Of a stretch of DNA of 64,000 nt, positions 51,237 through 61,410 are shown piece by piece. A program made the translations under genes and the position numbers. This DNA is from an uncultured Bacilli bacterium (GTDB taxonomy: Bacteria > Bacillota_I > Bacilli_A > RF39 > UBA660). The notes beneath the pieces were generated by a model. It was given only the letters and a program-made list of their open reading frames with translations, did not search any database and had not been told where the DNA came from. Position 1 is the first letter of the stretch; each line of letters opens with the position of its first letter. Where the stretch lies: contig CAKPDP010000004.1 in NCBI GenBank assembly GCA_934149105.1, forward strand, positions 5,277 through 69,276, in the 5' to 3' direction.

Positions 51237-53586
51237 AGAAACTAAATCTACTAAACACCATGGTCCAGGAATGAATAATGTTCCCGAAAAGCCTAAAAAT
51301 CTTAAAGCTTCTTTGTTAAGATTATTCAAAGAATTAAAAAGCTTTAAAATTCTAGTTGCTATTTCCCTTTTCTTAGCGGCCTTAGGCTCTATCTTATCTA
51401 TTTTTGCCCCTGATAAATTATCTGAATTAACCGATAAGATATCTGAAGGACTAATCGTAAATAAAGATAATCTTCAAGAAATAACTCAAACCGTTACTTC
51501 GGCCGTTAGTGAAGAAAAATTGCAAGAAACAATTCCTAACATTTTGACTATCGATTTATCTGAAAAAACTACTTATCAAATTCTTCTCTCACCTGATATT
51601 TCTGAAGAAGATAAAAATAGTTTTCAAAGTACACTATCAACTTTAAGTACTCCTTCTAGTAATGAAATTATGACTACTTTATCAGCCTTACCAGATAGTA
51701 TCTTATCTTATATTTTGCCAAGTTCTAATTATCAAGGTCAAGATATTTCTAGCACTGATAAAATAGCTTTCTTAAAAATTATTACTACCATGAACAATAA
51801 TAGTGACGAAGAAATAAATTTTCCAACTAGTATAAGTAATATTATTTTTCCAGATCTAACCGTTGATAAAACTACTATTACTGCTAGTGATCAAGTTAAA
51901 TTTTTAAATTGTCTTAAGAAACTAGATGAAAATGCTACTGCCACCGATATTTATAAACAAATAGATGCTATGCCTAAAAATATCCAAAAAGTAGTAAAAC
52001 CTGTCATGAACATGGACGCTATCAAAAAAATAGTAATCTTACTAGTTTGCCTTTATGTTTGTAGTGCTATATTTACCTATATAGAATCTATTGCTATGAC
52101 TGACGTTGCCAACAAGTTTGCTAGAAAATTAAGAGACAATATCTCTAAAAAGATAAATAGATTACCATTAAAATATTTTGATCGTCATTCTATAGGTGAT
52201 GTTCTATCTAGAGTAACCAACGATGTCGATACTATTGCTCAATCTATGAATCAATCCTTATCCACTTTAGTAAGTTCCATAACCTTATTCATTGGAACCA
52301 TTATTATGATGTTTACCACCAATTGGGTTATGGCTATAACTGCCATTGTCTCTAGTTTAATTGGATTCATTTTCATGTTCTTAATTCTTGGCAAATCTCA
52401 AAAATACTTTATCTCTAGACAAGTAGAGTTAGGTAACCTTAATGGCCATATTGAAGAAGTTTATTCTGGTCTTAATGTTGTCAAAGCTTATAATGGTAAA
52501 AAAATAAGCGATGAAAAATTTGATCTTTATAATCAAAAAGTTTACGACGCTAATAGAAAAAGTCAATTCTTATCTGGACTTATGATGCCTATGATGAATT
52601 TTATTGGTAACTTTGGTTATGTTGCTGTTTGTATTGTTGGAGCCCTTCTAACCATGAATAACTATATTAGTTTTGGTGTTATAGTAGCCTTCATATCTTA
52701 CGTTAGATTATTTACTTCTCCCTTATCACAAATCGCTCAAGCTATGACTTCTCTTCAATCTACAGCGGCCGCTAGTGAAAGAGTCTTTGAATTTTTAGAT
52801 GAACCAGAAATGAATTCACAAGAAAATATTTCTATTGTTCTAGATAAAAACCAAGTAAAAGGAGAAATAGAATTTGATAATGTTGTTTTCCAATATGACG
52901 GAAATGACACTCCAACTATTAAAGATTTCAGTGCCAAAGCTAAACCAGGACAAAAAATTGCTATCGTAGGTCCAACTGGAGCCGGAAAAACGACGATGGT
53001 TAATCTCTTGATGAAATTCTACGAAATAAATTCTGGCGATATCAAAATTGATGGTATCTCTACTAAAGATTTAACTCGTGAAAATATTCATAGCCTCTTT
53101 ACCATGGTTCTTCAAGATACTTGGCTATTTAATGGAACTATTAGAGAAAATATCGCTTATAACCGCGAGAACATTACTGATAAAGATCTTGATGAAGTTT
53201 GCAAAACAGTAGGTTTGACTCACTTTATAAAAACCTTACCTGATGGTTATGATACCATAATTTCTGATAATGATAGTGTTTCAGCGGGTCAAAGACAATT
53301 GCTAACTATAGCTCGTGGAATGATCGATAATGCTCCTCTCTTAATTCTTGATGAAGCTACCAGTAATGTCGATACTAGAACTGAAGAACTAGTTCAACAA
53401 GCTATGGATAAATTAACCGAAGGAAGAACATCATTTATCATTGCCCACCGCTTATCGACCATAAGAAACGCTGACTTAATTCTTGTTATGAAAGATGGAA
53501 ATATCATCGAAACTGGAAATCACGATGAACTTATGAAGAAAGGAGGATTTTATGCTTCATTATATAATTCGCAATTTGAATTATAA
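51226..53586 (+). CDS. ABC exporter, fused permease/ATPase, subunit 2, with ~200 aa extracytoplasmic insertion between TM1 and TM2
   Basis: Walker A GPTGAGKTT, signature SAGQRQLLTIARG, Walker B LLILDEATSNVD. Insert approx residues 60-260. Confidence 0.85.
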   Translation: MDNKETKSTKHHGPGMNNVPEKPKNLKASLLRLFKELKSFKILVAISLFLAALGSILSIFAPDKLSELTDKISEGLIVNKDNLQEITQTVTSAVSEEKLQETIPNILTIDLSEKTTYQILLSPDISEEDKNSFQSTLSTLSTPSSNEIMTTLSALPDSILSYILPSSNYQGQDISSTDKIAFLKIITTMNNNSDEEINFPTSISNIIFPDLTVDKTTITASDQVKFLNCLKKLDENATATDIYKQIDAMPKNIQKVVKPVMNMDAIKKIVILLVCLYVCSAIFTYIESIAMTDVANKFARKLRDNISKKINRLPLKYFDRHSIGDVLSRVTNDVDTIAQSMNQSLSTLVSSITLFIGTIIMMFTTNWVMAITAIVSSLIGFIFMFLILGKSQKYFISRQVELGNLNGHIEEVYSGLNVVKAYNGKKISDEKFDLYNQKVYDANRKSQFLSGLMMPMMNFIGNFGYVAVCIVGALLTMNNYISFGVIVAFISYVRLFTSPLSQIAQAMTSLQSTAAASERVFEFLDEPEMNSQENISIVLDKNQVKGEIEFDNVVFQYDGNDTPTIKDFSAKAKPGQKIAIVGPTGAGKTTMVNLLMKFYEINSGDIKIDGISTKDLTRENIHSLFTMVLQDTWLFNGTIRENIAYNRENITDKDLDEVCKTVGLTHFIKTLPDGYDTIISDNDSVSAGQRQLLTIARGMIDNAPLLILDEATSNVDTRTEELVQQAMDKLTEGRTSFIIAHRLSTIRNADLILVMKDGNIIETGNHDELMKKGGFYASLYNSQFEL

Positions 53587-53601
53587 ATAAGTAAAAACAT
53601 T

Positions 53602-54219
53602 ATGAACGTAATATTAACAATAGGAAGAGAATATGGATCGGGAGGAAGATACATTGGCCAAAAAGTTGCCGAAAAATTAAACATTCCTTTCTACGATAAA
53701 GAATTAATAATGAAAGTCCATGAAAAAGGTGGTTTTGATTATCATAAATTAGAAACTTATGACGAAGTCAAAAAAAATGCTTGGACTAAAGCCCTAGATA
53801 TCCTAAGCATCACTAGACAAGAAGATGCCTATGATAGTGATACTTACCAAGTTATCATGGAAGAGACCATTAAAGAACTAGCGGCAACCCACTCCTGTGT
53901 AATTCTAGGGAGAAATTCCAATAAAATTCTCTCAGAATGTCCCAATGTCCTAAAAATATTTATTTATTCTAAAGATTTAAATTTCAAAATTCAAAGAAAA
54001 ATGCAACTTGAAAATATGAACTATGAAGAAACCTTAAAGAAATTAAAAGACATCGATAAAAAAAGAAAAGAGTACTATGAATACTATAATAAAAATAGTA
54101 AATGGGGAACTAAAAACGATTATGATTTTTGCCTAGATTCTAGCACTTTGGGAATCGATAAAACTATTGATTTAATAGTCTATATCTATAAAAAATTTCA
54201 AGATAACTTAAAAAAGTAG
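53602..54219 (+). CDS. Cytidylate-kinase-like family protein
   Basis: MNVILTIGREYGSGGRYIGQKVAEKLNIPFYDKELI signature. Confidence 0.75.
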   Translation: MNVILTIGREYGSGGRYIGQKVAEKLNIPFYDKELIMKVHEKGGFDYHKLETYDEVKKNAWTKALDILSITRQEDAYDSDTYQVIMEETIKELAATHSCVILGRNSNKILSECPNVLKIFIYSKDLNFKIQRKMQLENMNYEETLKKLKDIDKKRKEYYEYYNKNSKWGTKNDYDFCLDSSTLGIDKTIDLIVYIYKKFQDNLKK

Positions 54220-54301
54220 AAGCCTAACTTTTGCTTTTTTTCTTTGGAATAATCTAACTATGTGTTATAATTAACTTACAATATAGAAAAGAGGTAAGAT
54301 A

Positions 54302-54829
54302 ATGAAATTACTAATTGTTTCTGATATTCATGGTTCTTTATATTACACTCAAAAATTGCTTTCCATATATCATCAAATTAAGCCTGACAAAGTACTAATC
54401 TTAGGAGATGTCTTATATCATGGACCTCGAAATAAATTGCCGAAAGGTTATAATCCTCATGAAGTATATGAATTACTAAATAGTATCAGTGCTAATATTG
54501 TTGCCGTAAGAGGAAATTGCGATGCTGAGGTTGACCAAACCGTTTTAAATTTTGACGTTCGCCAAGACTATCACCCACTTGAAGTAGATGGCTATCGCTT
54601 TATCTTAACCCATGGCCATGTTAATGATAAGTTACCAAACTTAACTAATAAAGATATTGTCCTAAGTGGCCATACTCACGTTTATAAGTTAGATAAGAAA
54701 AATATTAATCCAGGTAGTATTTCTCTACCGAAAGTCCATTCAGAACATACCTTTATAATATATGAAAATAAAGAATTTAAACTATATGATGAAAATTTAA
54801 ACCTTCTTCAAAGTTTAATTTTAGAATAG
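54302..54829 (+). CDS. Metallophosphoesterase, YfcE/MJ0936 phosphodiesterase family
   Basis: DIHGS, GDVLYHG, GNCD, THGH, GHTH motifs in order. Confidence 0.8.
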   Translation: MKLLIVSDIHGSLYYTQKLLSIYHQIKPDKVLILGDVLYHGPRNKLPKGYNPHEVYELLNSISANIVAVRGNCDAEVDQTVLNFDVRQDYHPLEVDGYRFILTHGHVNDKLPNLTNKDIVLSGHTHVYKLDKKNINPGSISLPKVHSEHTFIIYENKEFKLYDENLNLLQSLILE

Positions 54830-54839
54830 GGGGAATATT

Positions 54840-55265
54840 ATGAATAGAAAAGGCTTTACCTTAATAGAGTTATTAGCGGTCTTAGTTATTTTATCTTTAA
54901 TTATGACAGTTACCGTTACAAGCGTAATTAGTATTTATAAAGGTAGCAAAGATAAATCAGAAGAAGCCTTTAAAAAGGTTTTAACTAGTAGCATTGAAGA
55001 CTATATAACTCTTCACTATCTTGACTTTAATGATAAATCAACCTTTAAATTAAAAGCACTAGAAGATGAAGGAATAATCACAGAAAAAGATCTAATAAAT
55101 CCTAAAAATAAAGGAACCAGCAAAGCTGAGTGCAATATAAACGAGGAAGTAACAATAACAGAAAACAACAAAGAGTCATATTGCTTTAAGGTTGATTTAT
55201 CAAATAGTTGTGGTATTTCCTTAAATACTTGTGATAATAACAGTGATATCCATACGATTGGATAG
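54840..55265 (+). CDS. Type IV pilin / pseudopilin (prepilin N-terminal cleavage-methylation domain)
   Basis: MNRKG|FTLIELLAVLVILSLIMT. Confidence 0.8.
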   Translation: MNRKGFTLIELLAVLVILSLIMTVTVTSVISIYKGSKDKSEEAFKKVLTSSIEDYITLHYLDFNDKSTFKLKALEDEGIITEKDLINPKNKGTSKAECNINEEVTITENNKESYCFKVDLSNSCGISLNTCDNNSDIHTIG

Positions 55266-55277
55266 AAAGGACTTTAT

Positions 55278-55760
55278 ATGAAAAAAACTTATTTAGTAGC
55301 GTGTATTTTTATCATTATAGACTATGTCTCCAAAATCTTAGTCAGTACCTTTATTCCTCTGAATAAAAGTGTTTCTCTTCTTGGAAATTTTCTTAAAATA
55401 ACTTATGTCAAAAATACTGGTACCGCCTTTAGTATGTTTAGTAATTATACTTATTTCATTGCCTTCATTAGTGCTATCGTTATCTTACTTTTATTATATT
55501 ATGTTTATAAGAAAGATAAAATTTCGTCTTTAGAAGGCCTCTGCTATGGACTTATAATTGGAGGAGCCACCGGTAATTTAATTGATAGAATTATTTATGG
55601 CTATGTTATAGATTTTATTGAAGTAAATATCTTTAATTATCCCTATCCAATTTTTAATCTAGCCGATAGCTTTATCGTCGTAGCTTTTATTATTCTAGTT
55701 ATCATGGAAATAAAGAAAGATATACTTGCCAAAAAGACTAAAAAGAAATATAATAATTAA
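55278..55760 (+). CDS. lspA: Lipoprotein signal peptidase (signal peptidase II)
   Basis: GNLIDRIIYGYVIDF and FNLADSFIVV motifs. Four TM. Confidence 0.85.
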   Translation: MKKTYLVACIFIIIDYVSKILVSTFIPLNKSVSLLGNFLKITYVKNTGTAFSMFSNYTYFIAFISAIVILLLLYYVYKKDKISSLEGLCYGLIIGGATGNLIDRIIYGYVIDFIEVNIFNYPYPIFNLADSFIVVAFIILVIMEIKKDILAKKTKKKYNN

Positions 55761-55780
55761 CATAAAAAAGGAGGTTTGCT

Positions 55781-56680
55781 ATGGAATTAGTTGCTGAAGA
55801 AGGAAAAATAAGATTAGATAAATACTTAATGTCCCAATTAGACTACAGTAGAAGTAAAATTCAAAAAATGATCGAAACTGAAAATATTTTAGTGAATGCT
55901 AAGGCTACCAAAAATAATTATAATTTAAAGAATGGAGATAAAATTTTTATTAATACTGATTATCAAGAAGAAGTAGATATTGTTCCTGAAAATATCCCTT
56001 TAGATATCTATTATGAAGATGATGATGTCTTAGTTGTAAATAAACCTAGTGGAATGGTTGTTCATCCCGCTCCTGGTAATTATAGTGGTACCCTAGTTAA
56101 TGCTCTTATGTATCATTGCAATAACAATTTAAGTAGTGTCAACGGTAAGATAAGACCCGGTATAGTTCATAGAATAGATGCCGATACTTCTGGCCTCCTT
56201 TTAGTTGCCAAAAATGATTTTGCCCACAATTTCATTGCCGATAAACTAAGTAGAAAAGAAATCTATAGAAAGTATATAGCCCTTGTCCAAGGTGTAATTG
56301 AAGAAGATACTGCTACTATTGATGCTCCTATTGGAAGAGATAAAAATAATCGCAAAAAAATGTGCGTTACAGCCGATAACTCTAAGAATGCCATAACCCA
56401 TATTCGTGTTCTAAAACGTTACCAGACTTCCACTCTTATTGAATGCGTTCTAGAAACTGGTAGAACCCATCAAATAAGAGTTCATCTAGCCTACATTAAT
56501 CATCCTGTTGTAAATGATCCTGTCTATGGTTATAATAAATTAGATGATAAAGATTTTGGCCAAATGCTTCATGCCGAAACTATTGGCTTTGAACACCCTA
56601 GAACTCATAAGTACCTAGAGTTTACCAGCCCAGTACCAAAGAGATTTCAAGAAATTTTAGAAGACTATCAGAATAGATAA
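55781..56680 (+). CDS. rluD: 23S rRNA pseudouridine synthase RluD (RluA family)
   Basis: S4 domain + HRIDADTSGLLLVAKN catalytic motif. Confidence 0.85.
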   Translation: MELVAEEGKIRLDKYLMSQLDYSRSKIQKMIETENILVNAKATKNNYNLKNGDKIFINTDYQEEVDIVPENIPLDIYYEDDDVLVVNKPSGMVVHPAPGNYSGTLVNALMYHCNNNLSSVNGKIRPGIVHRIDADTSGLLLVAKNDFAHNFIADKLSRKEIYRKYIALVQGVIEEDTATIDAPIGRDKNNRKKMCVTADNSKNAITHIRVLKRYQTSTLIECVLETGRTHQIRVHLAYINHPVVNDPVYGYNKLDDKDFGQMLHAETIGFEHPRTHKYLEFTSPVPKRFQEILEDYQNR

Positions 56681-56732
56681 TTGCTATTTCTAAAAAAATA
56701 TACTATAATTAAAAAGGTGATGAGGTGATAAT

Positions 56733-57227
56733 ATGTATATTGATTTAACTAGTCTTGTTACTAATAGAGAAAATACCTTAAAAATAGATGAATATCCTAA
56801 AATATCAGAAGAACTATTAAAGACCAGTCCTCTTAGTGATCTTGAAAATATTCATCTTACTGGTACAATAAAAAAAATAGTCGATGAATATGAATTTTTA
56901 GGTCAGATTACTGGTAATATGATTCTTCCAGATGATGTAACTCTAGAAGCAGTCAAAATCCCCTTAAATATAAATTTTGACGAAATATTTGCTGAAAATG
57001 ATCCGAATAATGAAAATAATTTAACAATTATACAGAATAGACTTGATATTCTTCCATTTTTGTGGCAAAATATTATATTGGAAGTCCCTTTAAAAGTTAG
57101 AGGCAATAAAAAAGACATAAAACTAGAAGGGGATGGATGGCGACTTATCACAGAAGAAGATTTAAAAACCTCTGATAATTCACCATTTAGTAATCTACAA
57201 CAAATGCTAGATTCAAGGAAGGAGTGA
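56733..57227 (+). CDS. yceD: YceD/DUF177 large-ribosomal-subunit accumulation protein
   Basis: 164 aa immediately upstream of rpmF with 4-nt overlap-type spacing. Conserved synteny. Confidence 0.7.
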   Translation: MYIDLTSLVTNRENTLKIDEYPKISEELLKTSPLSDLENIHLTGTIKKIVDEYEFLGQITGNMILPDDVTLEAVKIPLNINFDEIFAENDPNNENNLTIIQNRLDILPFLWQNIILEVPLKVRGNKKDIKLEGDGWRLITEEDLKTSDNSPFSNLQQMLDSRKE

Positions 57228-57232
57228 TTAAC

Positions 57233-57421
57233 ATGGCAGTTCCATTTAGAAAAGTTAGTAAAACTAGAAGAGATATGAGAAGAACCCATTATAAAGTTAC
57301 TGCTAATGGACTTGTTGAATGTACTAATTGTCATGAGATGATTAGACCTCATAGAGCTTGTCCAAAATGCGGATACTATAAGGGTAAAGATGTAAAATCT
57401 AAAGAAGTTAAAGCTGCATAG
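57233..57421 (+). CDS. rpmF: 50S ribosomal protein L32
   Basis: MAVPFRKVSKTRRDMRR...CxxC...CPKCG zinc ribbon. AGGAAGGAG RBS. Confidence 0.9.
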   Translation: MAVPFRKVSKTRRDMRRTHYKVTANGLVECTNCHEMIRPHRACPKCGYYKGKDVKSKEVKAA

Positions 57422-57527
57422 TTCTATGTAGTTTTTTTAATGCCCAAATTTATTTGTAAAATTTTCTAAATAAAATTTTAATTTAATCCCAGGTATGGTA
57501 TAATTGTCTTAAGAGAGTTGGTAGAGT

Positions 57528-59495
57528 ATGAGTAAACTAAAAGAAAAAAGATTAATTAATGATATGCGTTTATTATCCTTAGATATGATAAATGAAGCTG
57601 GAACTGGTCATCCTGGTATAGCCCTAGATGCTGCTCCTATTATGTATGCTTTATTCCATGATCAAATGAATTTTGATCTAGAACATCCTGAATGGTTTAA
57701 TAGAGATCGTCTCGTTCTTTCTGCAGGCCATGGTAGTAGTCTTTTATATGCCTATTTATATGCTACCTTTGGAGAATACACCCTAAATGATTTGAAAAAT
57801 TTCCGTAGCATCTATTCCAAAACCCCTGGACACCCCGAATATAATATTCAAAATCGTATTGAGTGTACCACAGGACCTCTTGGTCAAGGCTTAGCAACTG
57901 CTGTTGGTATGGCTATTGGCCAAAAATATCAAAGTACCCTTAATAGTAAAAAATTAAAACTATTTGATTATAATATCTTTGTCGTTTGTGGTGACGGAGA
58001 TCTAATGGAAGGCCTTTCCTATGAAGCTGCTTTCTTAGCGGGCAAATACGAACTAGATAATTTAATCGTTTTATGGGATGCCAATAAAGTTAGTTTAGAT
58101 GGCGAATTAGAAGATGATTTTACTACTAAAATAGCGGACATGTATATCGATTTAGGTTGGACAGTCCTTGATGTTAAAAATGGTGAAAAAGTAAAAGAAA
58201 TTAATAAAGCTATCAATACTGCAAGAAAGAGTAGTGGACCTGTTTTAATAGTAGTAAATAATACTATAGGTATTTATTCTAAATATGAAGGAACTTGTAA
58301 AATTCATGGTTCTCTTGAAGAAGATGATTTAAATAACATCAGAGAAGAATTAGAAGGATTAGGACCATTTACCGTTGATACTAATAATCTAGCCCTTTAT
58401 CGTCAAGATATAAAAGATAGAGTAGATAATAACTATAGTAATTGGTATAATACTTATCAAAGATATATGGATGAAATGCCCGAGAAAGAAAAAAATAAAG
58501 CCCTATCAATCCTTACTAATGAAGAAATAACCTTAAGATTAGATAATGTTATTGATACTACTAAACTATTTATAGATAAAACTATGCGTGATATAAATTA
58601 TCAAATTATGAATGTTATAGGGGCCTTTATCCCAAATTTCATGGGAGGAAGTGCCGATCTTTTCCAAAGTACCAAGACTTACCTTAAAGGGAAATTAGAT
58701 TTTGGAAGTGATTGCTATAATGGCCGTAACATTGATTTTGGAGTCCGTGAACACGCTATGGGTGCCATTATGAATGGTCTAGCTCTAGTTAATATGCGTA
58801 GTTATGGAAGTACTTTCCTAAGCTTTTCTGATTACATGAAACCGGCGATTAGACTAAGTGCTTTAATGGACTTGCCTACAACCTACATCTATACCCACGA
58901 TAGTATTCTTATTGGTCAAGATGGAGCGACCCATCAACCTATAGAACAATTACCAATGCTAAGAACTATTCCTAACTTTGATGTCTATAGACCTGCTGAT
59001 TATAAAGAATTACTAGGAAGTTGGAACTTAATCCTTAATAAAGCTAAATCTTGTGCCTTAATTCTTCCTCGCGGCCATGTCGAACCTCAAGAACACACTA
59101 CAGCAGATAAAGTAAAATTAGGTGGCTATGTCATTAGTGAAGTTAAAACCAAACTAGATCTAATCCTTATTGCCACTGGTAGTGAAGTCGAATTAGCCAT
59201 GAAATTAAAAGAAGAACTATTAAGAAACTACATTGAAGCCCGTGTTGTTAGTATGCCTAATGTTAAGTCTTTCTTAAAACAACCCCTAGACTATCAAGAA
59301 GAAGTTCTACCTAAAAAATATCGTAAAATGGTAATAGAATTTAGTGACGATCCTATTTGGTACCATTTTGTTGACAATGAAAACGACCTAATAAGAGTAA
59401 CTGACTTTGGAAAAAGTGCTAAATCAGACGATCTTCTAAAAGAATTAGAACTAGATCTTACTAGCTTAATAATAAAAATAAAAAACAGTTTATAA
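57528..59495 (+). CDS. tkt: Transketolase
   Basis: 655 aa. TPP-binding GHPG, GDGDLMEG, transketolase pyrimidine-binding and C-terminal domains. Confidence 0.9.
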   Translation: MSKLKEKRLINDMRLLSLDMINEAGTGHPGIALDAAPIMYALFHDQMNFDLEHPEWFNRDRLVLSAGHGSSLLYAYLYATFGEYTLNDLKNFRSIYSKTPGHPEYNIQNRIECTTGPLGQGLATAVGMAIGQKYQSTLNSKKLKLFDYNIFVVCGDGDLMEGLSYEAAFLAGKYELDNLIVLWDANKVSLDGELEDDFTTKIADMYIDLGWTVLDVKNGEKVKEINKAINTARKSSGPVLIVVNNTIGIYSKYEGTCKIHGSLEEDDLNNIREELEGLGPFTVDTNNLALYRQDIKDRVDNNYSNWYNTYQRYMDEMPEKEKNKALSILTNEEITLRLDNVIDTTKLFIDKTMRDINYQIMNVIGAFIPNFMGGSADLFQSTKTYLKGKLDFGSDCYNGRNIDFGVREHAMGAIMNGLALVNMRSYGSTFLSFSDYMKPAIRLSALMDLPTTYIYTHDSILIGQDGATHQPIEQLPMLRTIPNFDVYRPADYKELLGSWNLILNKAKSCALILPRGHVEPQEHTTADKVKLGGYVISEVKTKLDLILIATGSEVELAMKLKEELLRNYIEARVVSMPNVKSFLKQPLDYQEEVLPKKYRKMVIEFSDDPIWYHFVDNENDLIRVTDFGKSAKSDDLLKELELDLTSLIIKIKNSL

Positions 59496-59546
59496 ATCGA
59501 CAAAATAAATAATCATTAATCCTTATACTATAATTGGTGATAAAAT

Positions 59547-59990
59547 ATGAGAACTTTTTATGTATTTAATATTAATGATTATTTTTTTTCTATGTATAGA
59601 GAAACCCCTTATAGAATATATGAAATGCTAGAAGATATCTATCATATTAAAAATTATGATTTAAGAATGACTGTTAGATTATACAGTCAAATGGTTTGTA
59701 AAATAAATAAAGTTATGATGAATGAGTATCTATATAATAATTATAATATGTATCAAGATTATAATAGAGAATGTAATACTCATAATATTGCTACTAACTA
59801 TGAATATAGTAAACTAATTGTAAGCAATACCCACTTAAAAATAAGAACTAATAGAAATTATCCTGTTTTCTTTGAATGCTTAAATCGCTATAACAACAAT
59901 ATCTTTGTTTGTGACTTTGAAAATAAAGATTATTTTTGGCTTGATAAAATAGCTAGTCAAAATATCTATAAATCCAAAATAACCACTTAA
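59547..59990 (+). CDS. sirA: SirA-like sporulation inhibitor of replication (YneE/DUF2522)
   Basis: C-terminal FFECLNRYNNNIFVCDFENKDYFWL parallels B. subtilis SirA FFEVLRKVSPCFLAMDFNSKRYGWL. Located directly after tkt as in Bacillus. From memory of the SirA sequence. Confidence 0.55.
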   Translation: MRTFYVFNINDYFFSMYRETPYRIYEMLEDIYHIKNYDLRMTVRLYSQMVCKINKVMMNEYLYNNYNMYQDYNRECNTHNIATNYEYSKLIVSNTHLKIRTNRNYPVFFECLNRYNNNIFVCDFENKDYFWLDKIASQNIYKSKITT

Positions 59991-60033
59991 AAAGAATATT
60001 CTTATCTTTATTGAATATTCTTTTGTTTTTTTC
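59990..60033 (+). terminator. Rho-independent terminator AAAAGAATATTC-N11-GAATATTCTTTT + GTTTTTTT
   Basis: 12-bp perfect stem read directly. Confidence 0.65.
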
Positions 60034-60421
60034 TTAATCATAATCAAACATTTATCAAACTATTAATAATAACTTTAACTATCCTAGTAATTTATTTGCT
60101 AATTTACGGTATACCTTTATTCCAGCCAAATTCTTCCTCCTTTTATTTTACCAATCGTCTATTAAAGTTTTTCTTAAAGATTTCAAATCATCTTACTTTA
60201 AAAGCAAATGCTATAGCACATGGAAAAATGTGCAAAAAAGTTAAAATTATGTTGAAAAAATGTGTAAAACGAGATTAAAAATGCTGGAATTTTGTGAAAG
60301 AATTATATCAGAGGTGGTACTTTCTACATTGTATGCTATTTTTAATATGTCTCAAAGTATGAATGTATTGCTTTAAAGTAGTCATAATAATTATATAAAT
60401 TATTTTTTTAAAATAGAGTAA

Positions 60422-60447
60422 TAAAAAAACGAACTTATAAAAGTTCG
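60422..60447 (-). terminator. Terminator downstream of tRNA-Arg on the minus strand
   Basis: On the minus strand: CGAACTT-ttat-AAGTTCG followed by TTTTTTT. Confidence 0.55.
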
Positions 60448-60459
60448 AATATCATCATA

Positions 60460-60536
60460 TGGTGTCTCCGAGGTGATTCGAACACCTGACCGATCGCTTA
60501 GAAGGCGATTGCTCTATCCAGCTGAGCTACGAAGAC
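60460..60536 (-). tRNA. tRNA-Arg (anticodon TCT)
   Basis: Cloverleaf folded by hand. Acceptor GTCTTCG/CGGAGAC (one G-U), D-arm GCTC-AGCTGGATA-GAGC, anticodon arm ATCGC-CTTCTAA-GCGAT, T-arm AGGTG-TTCGAAT-CACCT, encoded CCA. Confidence 0.85.
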
Positions 60537-60691
60537 ATAACATCTCACTGACGAATTTAATTATACTACTATTTTTTTCAATAATCAAGTAGAACCTAAT
60601 AAATTTATCAAAAAAATTTCTGAGGCAATTGCTTATTTAAAAAATATATAGTAAAATAAAGAAAGAAAAAGTTAGAAAGTGATGTGGTAAT

Positions 60692-61138
60692 ATGTATTGT
60701 GGTAATTGTGGAAGTCGTTTAGAACTCAATGATAAATTTTGTCAAAATTGTGGTAATAGAGTTGAAAATATTGCTGAGAACACTGCTAATTCTTCTGCCT
60801 CTACATTAAATAACAATAATAATGATTCTAGTAGTAATGCTCCTTTAGTATTAGGAATAATTGCCTTAGTATTGTTTTGGGTCCCCGTAATTGGTTTAAC
60901 TCTAGGCTTGCTTGCTCTTATTTTAGGACTAACTAATAAGAAGAATGGTGGCAATAATGTTCCTATTGTTTTAGGAATAATTTCTATTGTTATAACTATT
61001 TTAAGTTTTATCTTGATTTTGCTAGGACTATTTAGTATTTATGAATATGAGTATTATGATGAAGATTATAATTTTCCTTATTTAGAAGATAAAAGTAATA
61101 ACACTAATTTAAACGATAAAGCTAGTGACTACATTTAA
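60692..61138 (+). CDS. Zinc-ribbon domain membrane protein (N-terminal CxxC-N14-CxxC, two TM helices, acidic tail)
   Basis: MYCGNCGSRLELNDKFCQNCGN then hydrophobic helices. Confidence 0.5.
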   Translation: MYCGNCGSRLELNDKFCQNCGNRVENIAENTANSSASTLNNNNNDSSSNAPLVLGIIALVLFWVPVIGLTLGLLALILGLTNKKNGGNNVPIVLGIISIVITILSFILILLGLFSIYEYEYYDEDYNFPYLEDKSNNTNLNDKASDYI

Positions 61139-61363
61139 ATGAAAAAAATATTAATTGGGCTCATCAAAATCTATCAAAAAATACCCGGACCTTGGCACTA
61201 CTCTTGCCGTCATATTCCTACCTGCAGTAATTACGCTATTGAAGCCATTGAATACTATGGTAGCTTGAAAGGTAGCTTTTTAGCCATTAAAAGAATTCTT
61301 CGTTGTAATCCTTTTGGAACTTATGGTTACGATCCTGTTAAAAAAGAAGAAAACCTAAAATAA
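61139..61363 (+). CDS. yidD: Membrane protein insertion efficiency factor YidD
   Basis: [34 protein letters not shown] signature. 74 aa. Confidence 0.85.
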   Translation: MKKILIGLIKIYQKIPGPWHYSCRHIPTCSNYAIEAIEYYGSLKGSFLAIKRILRCNPFGTYGYDPVKKEENLK

Positions 61364-61410
61364 TATAAATATATTTAACTGATTTTGGTAATATTAATAC
61401 TGGTGATAAT

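Noticed and set aside
60096-60278. 60-aa plus-strand ORF MLIYGIPLFQ...
   Set aside because: No RBS. Overlaps the terminator-rich region after sirA. Composition is non-protein-like. A 16-codon TTG ORF with AGGAGG on the opposite strand here was also noted but is too short to support.
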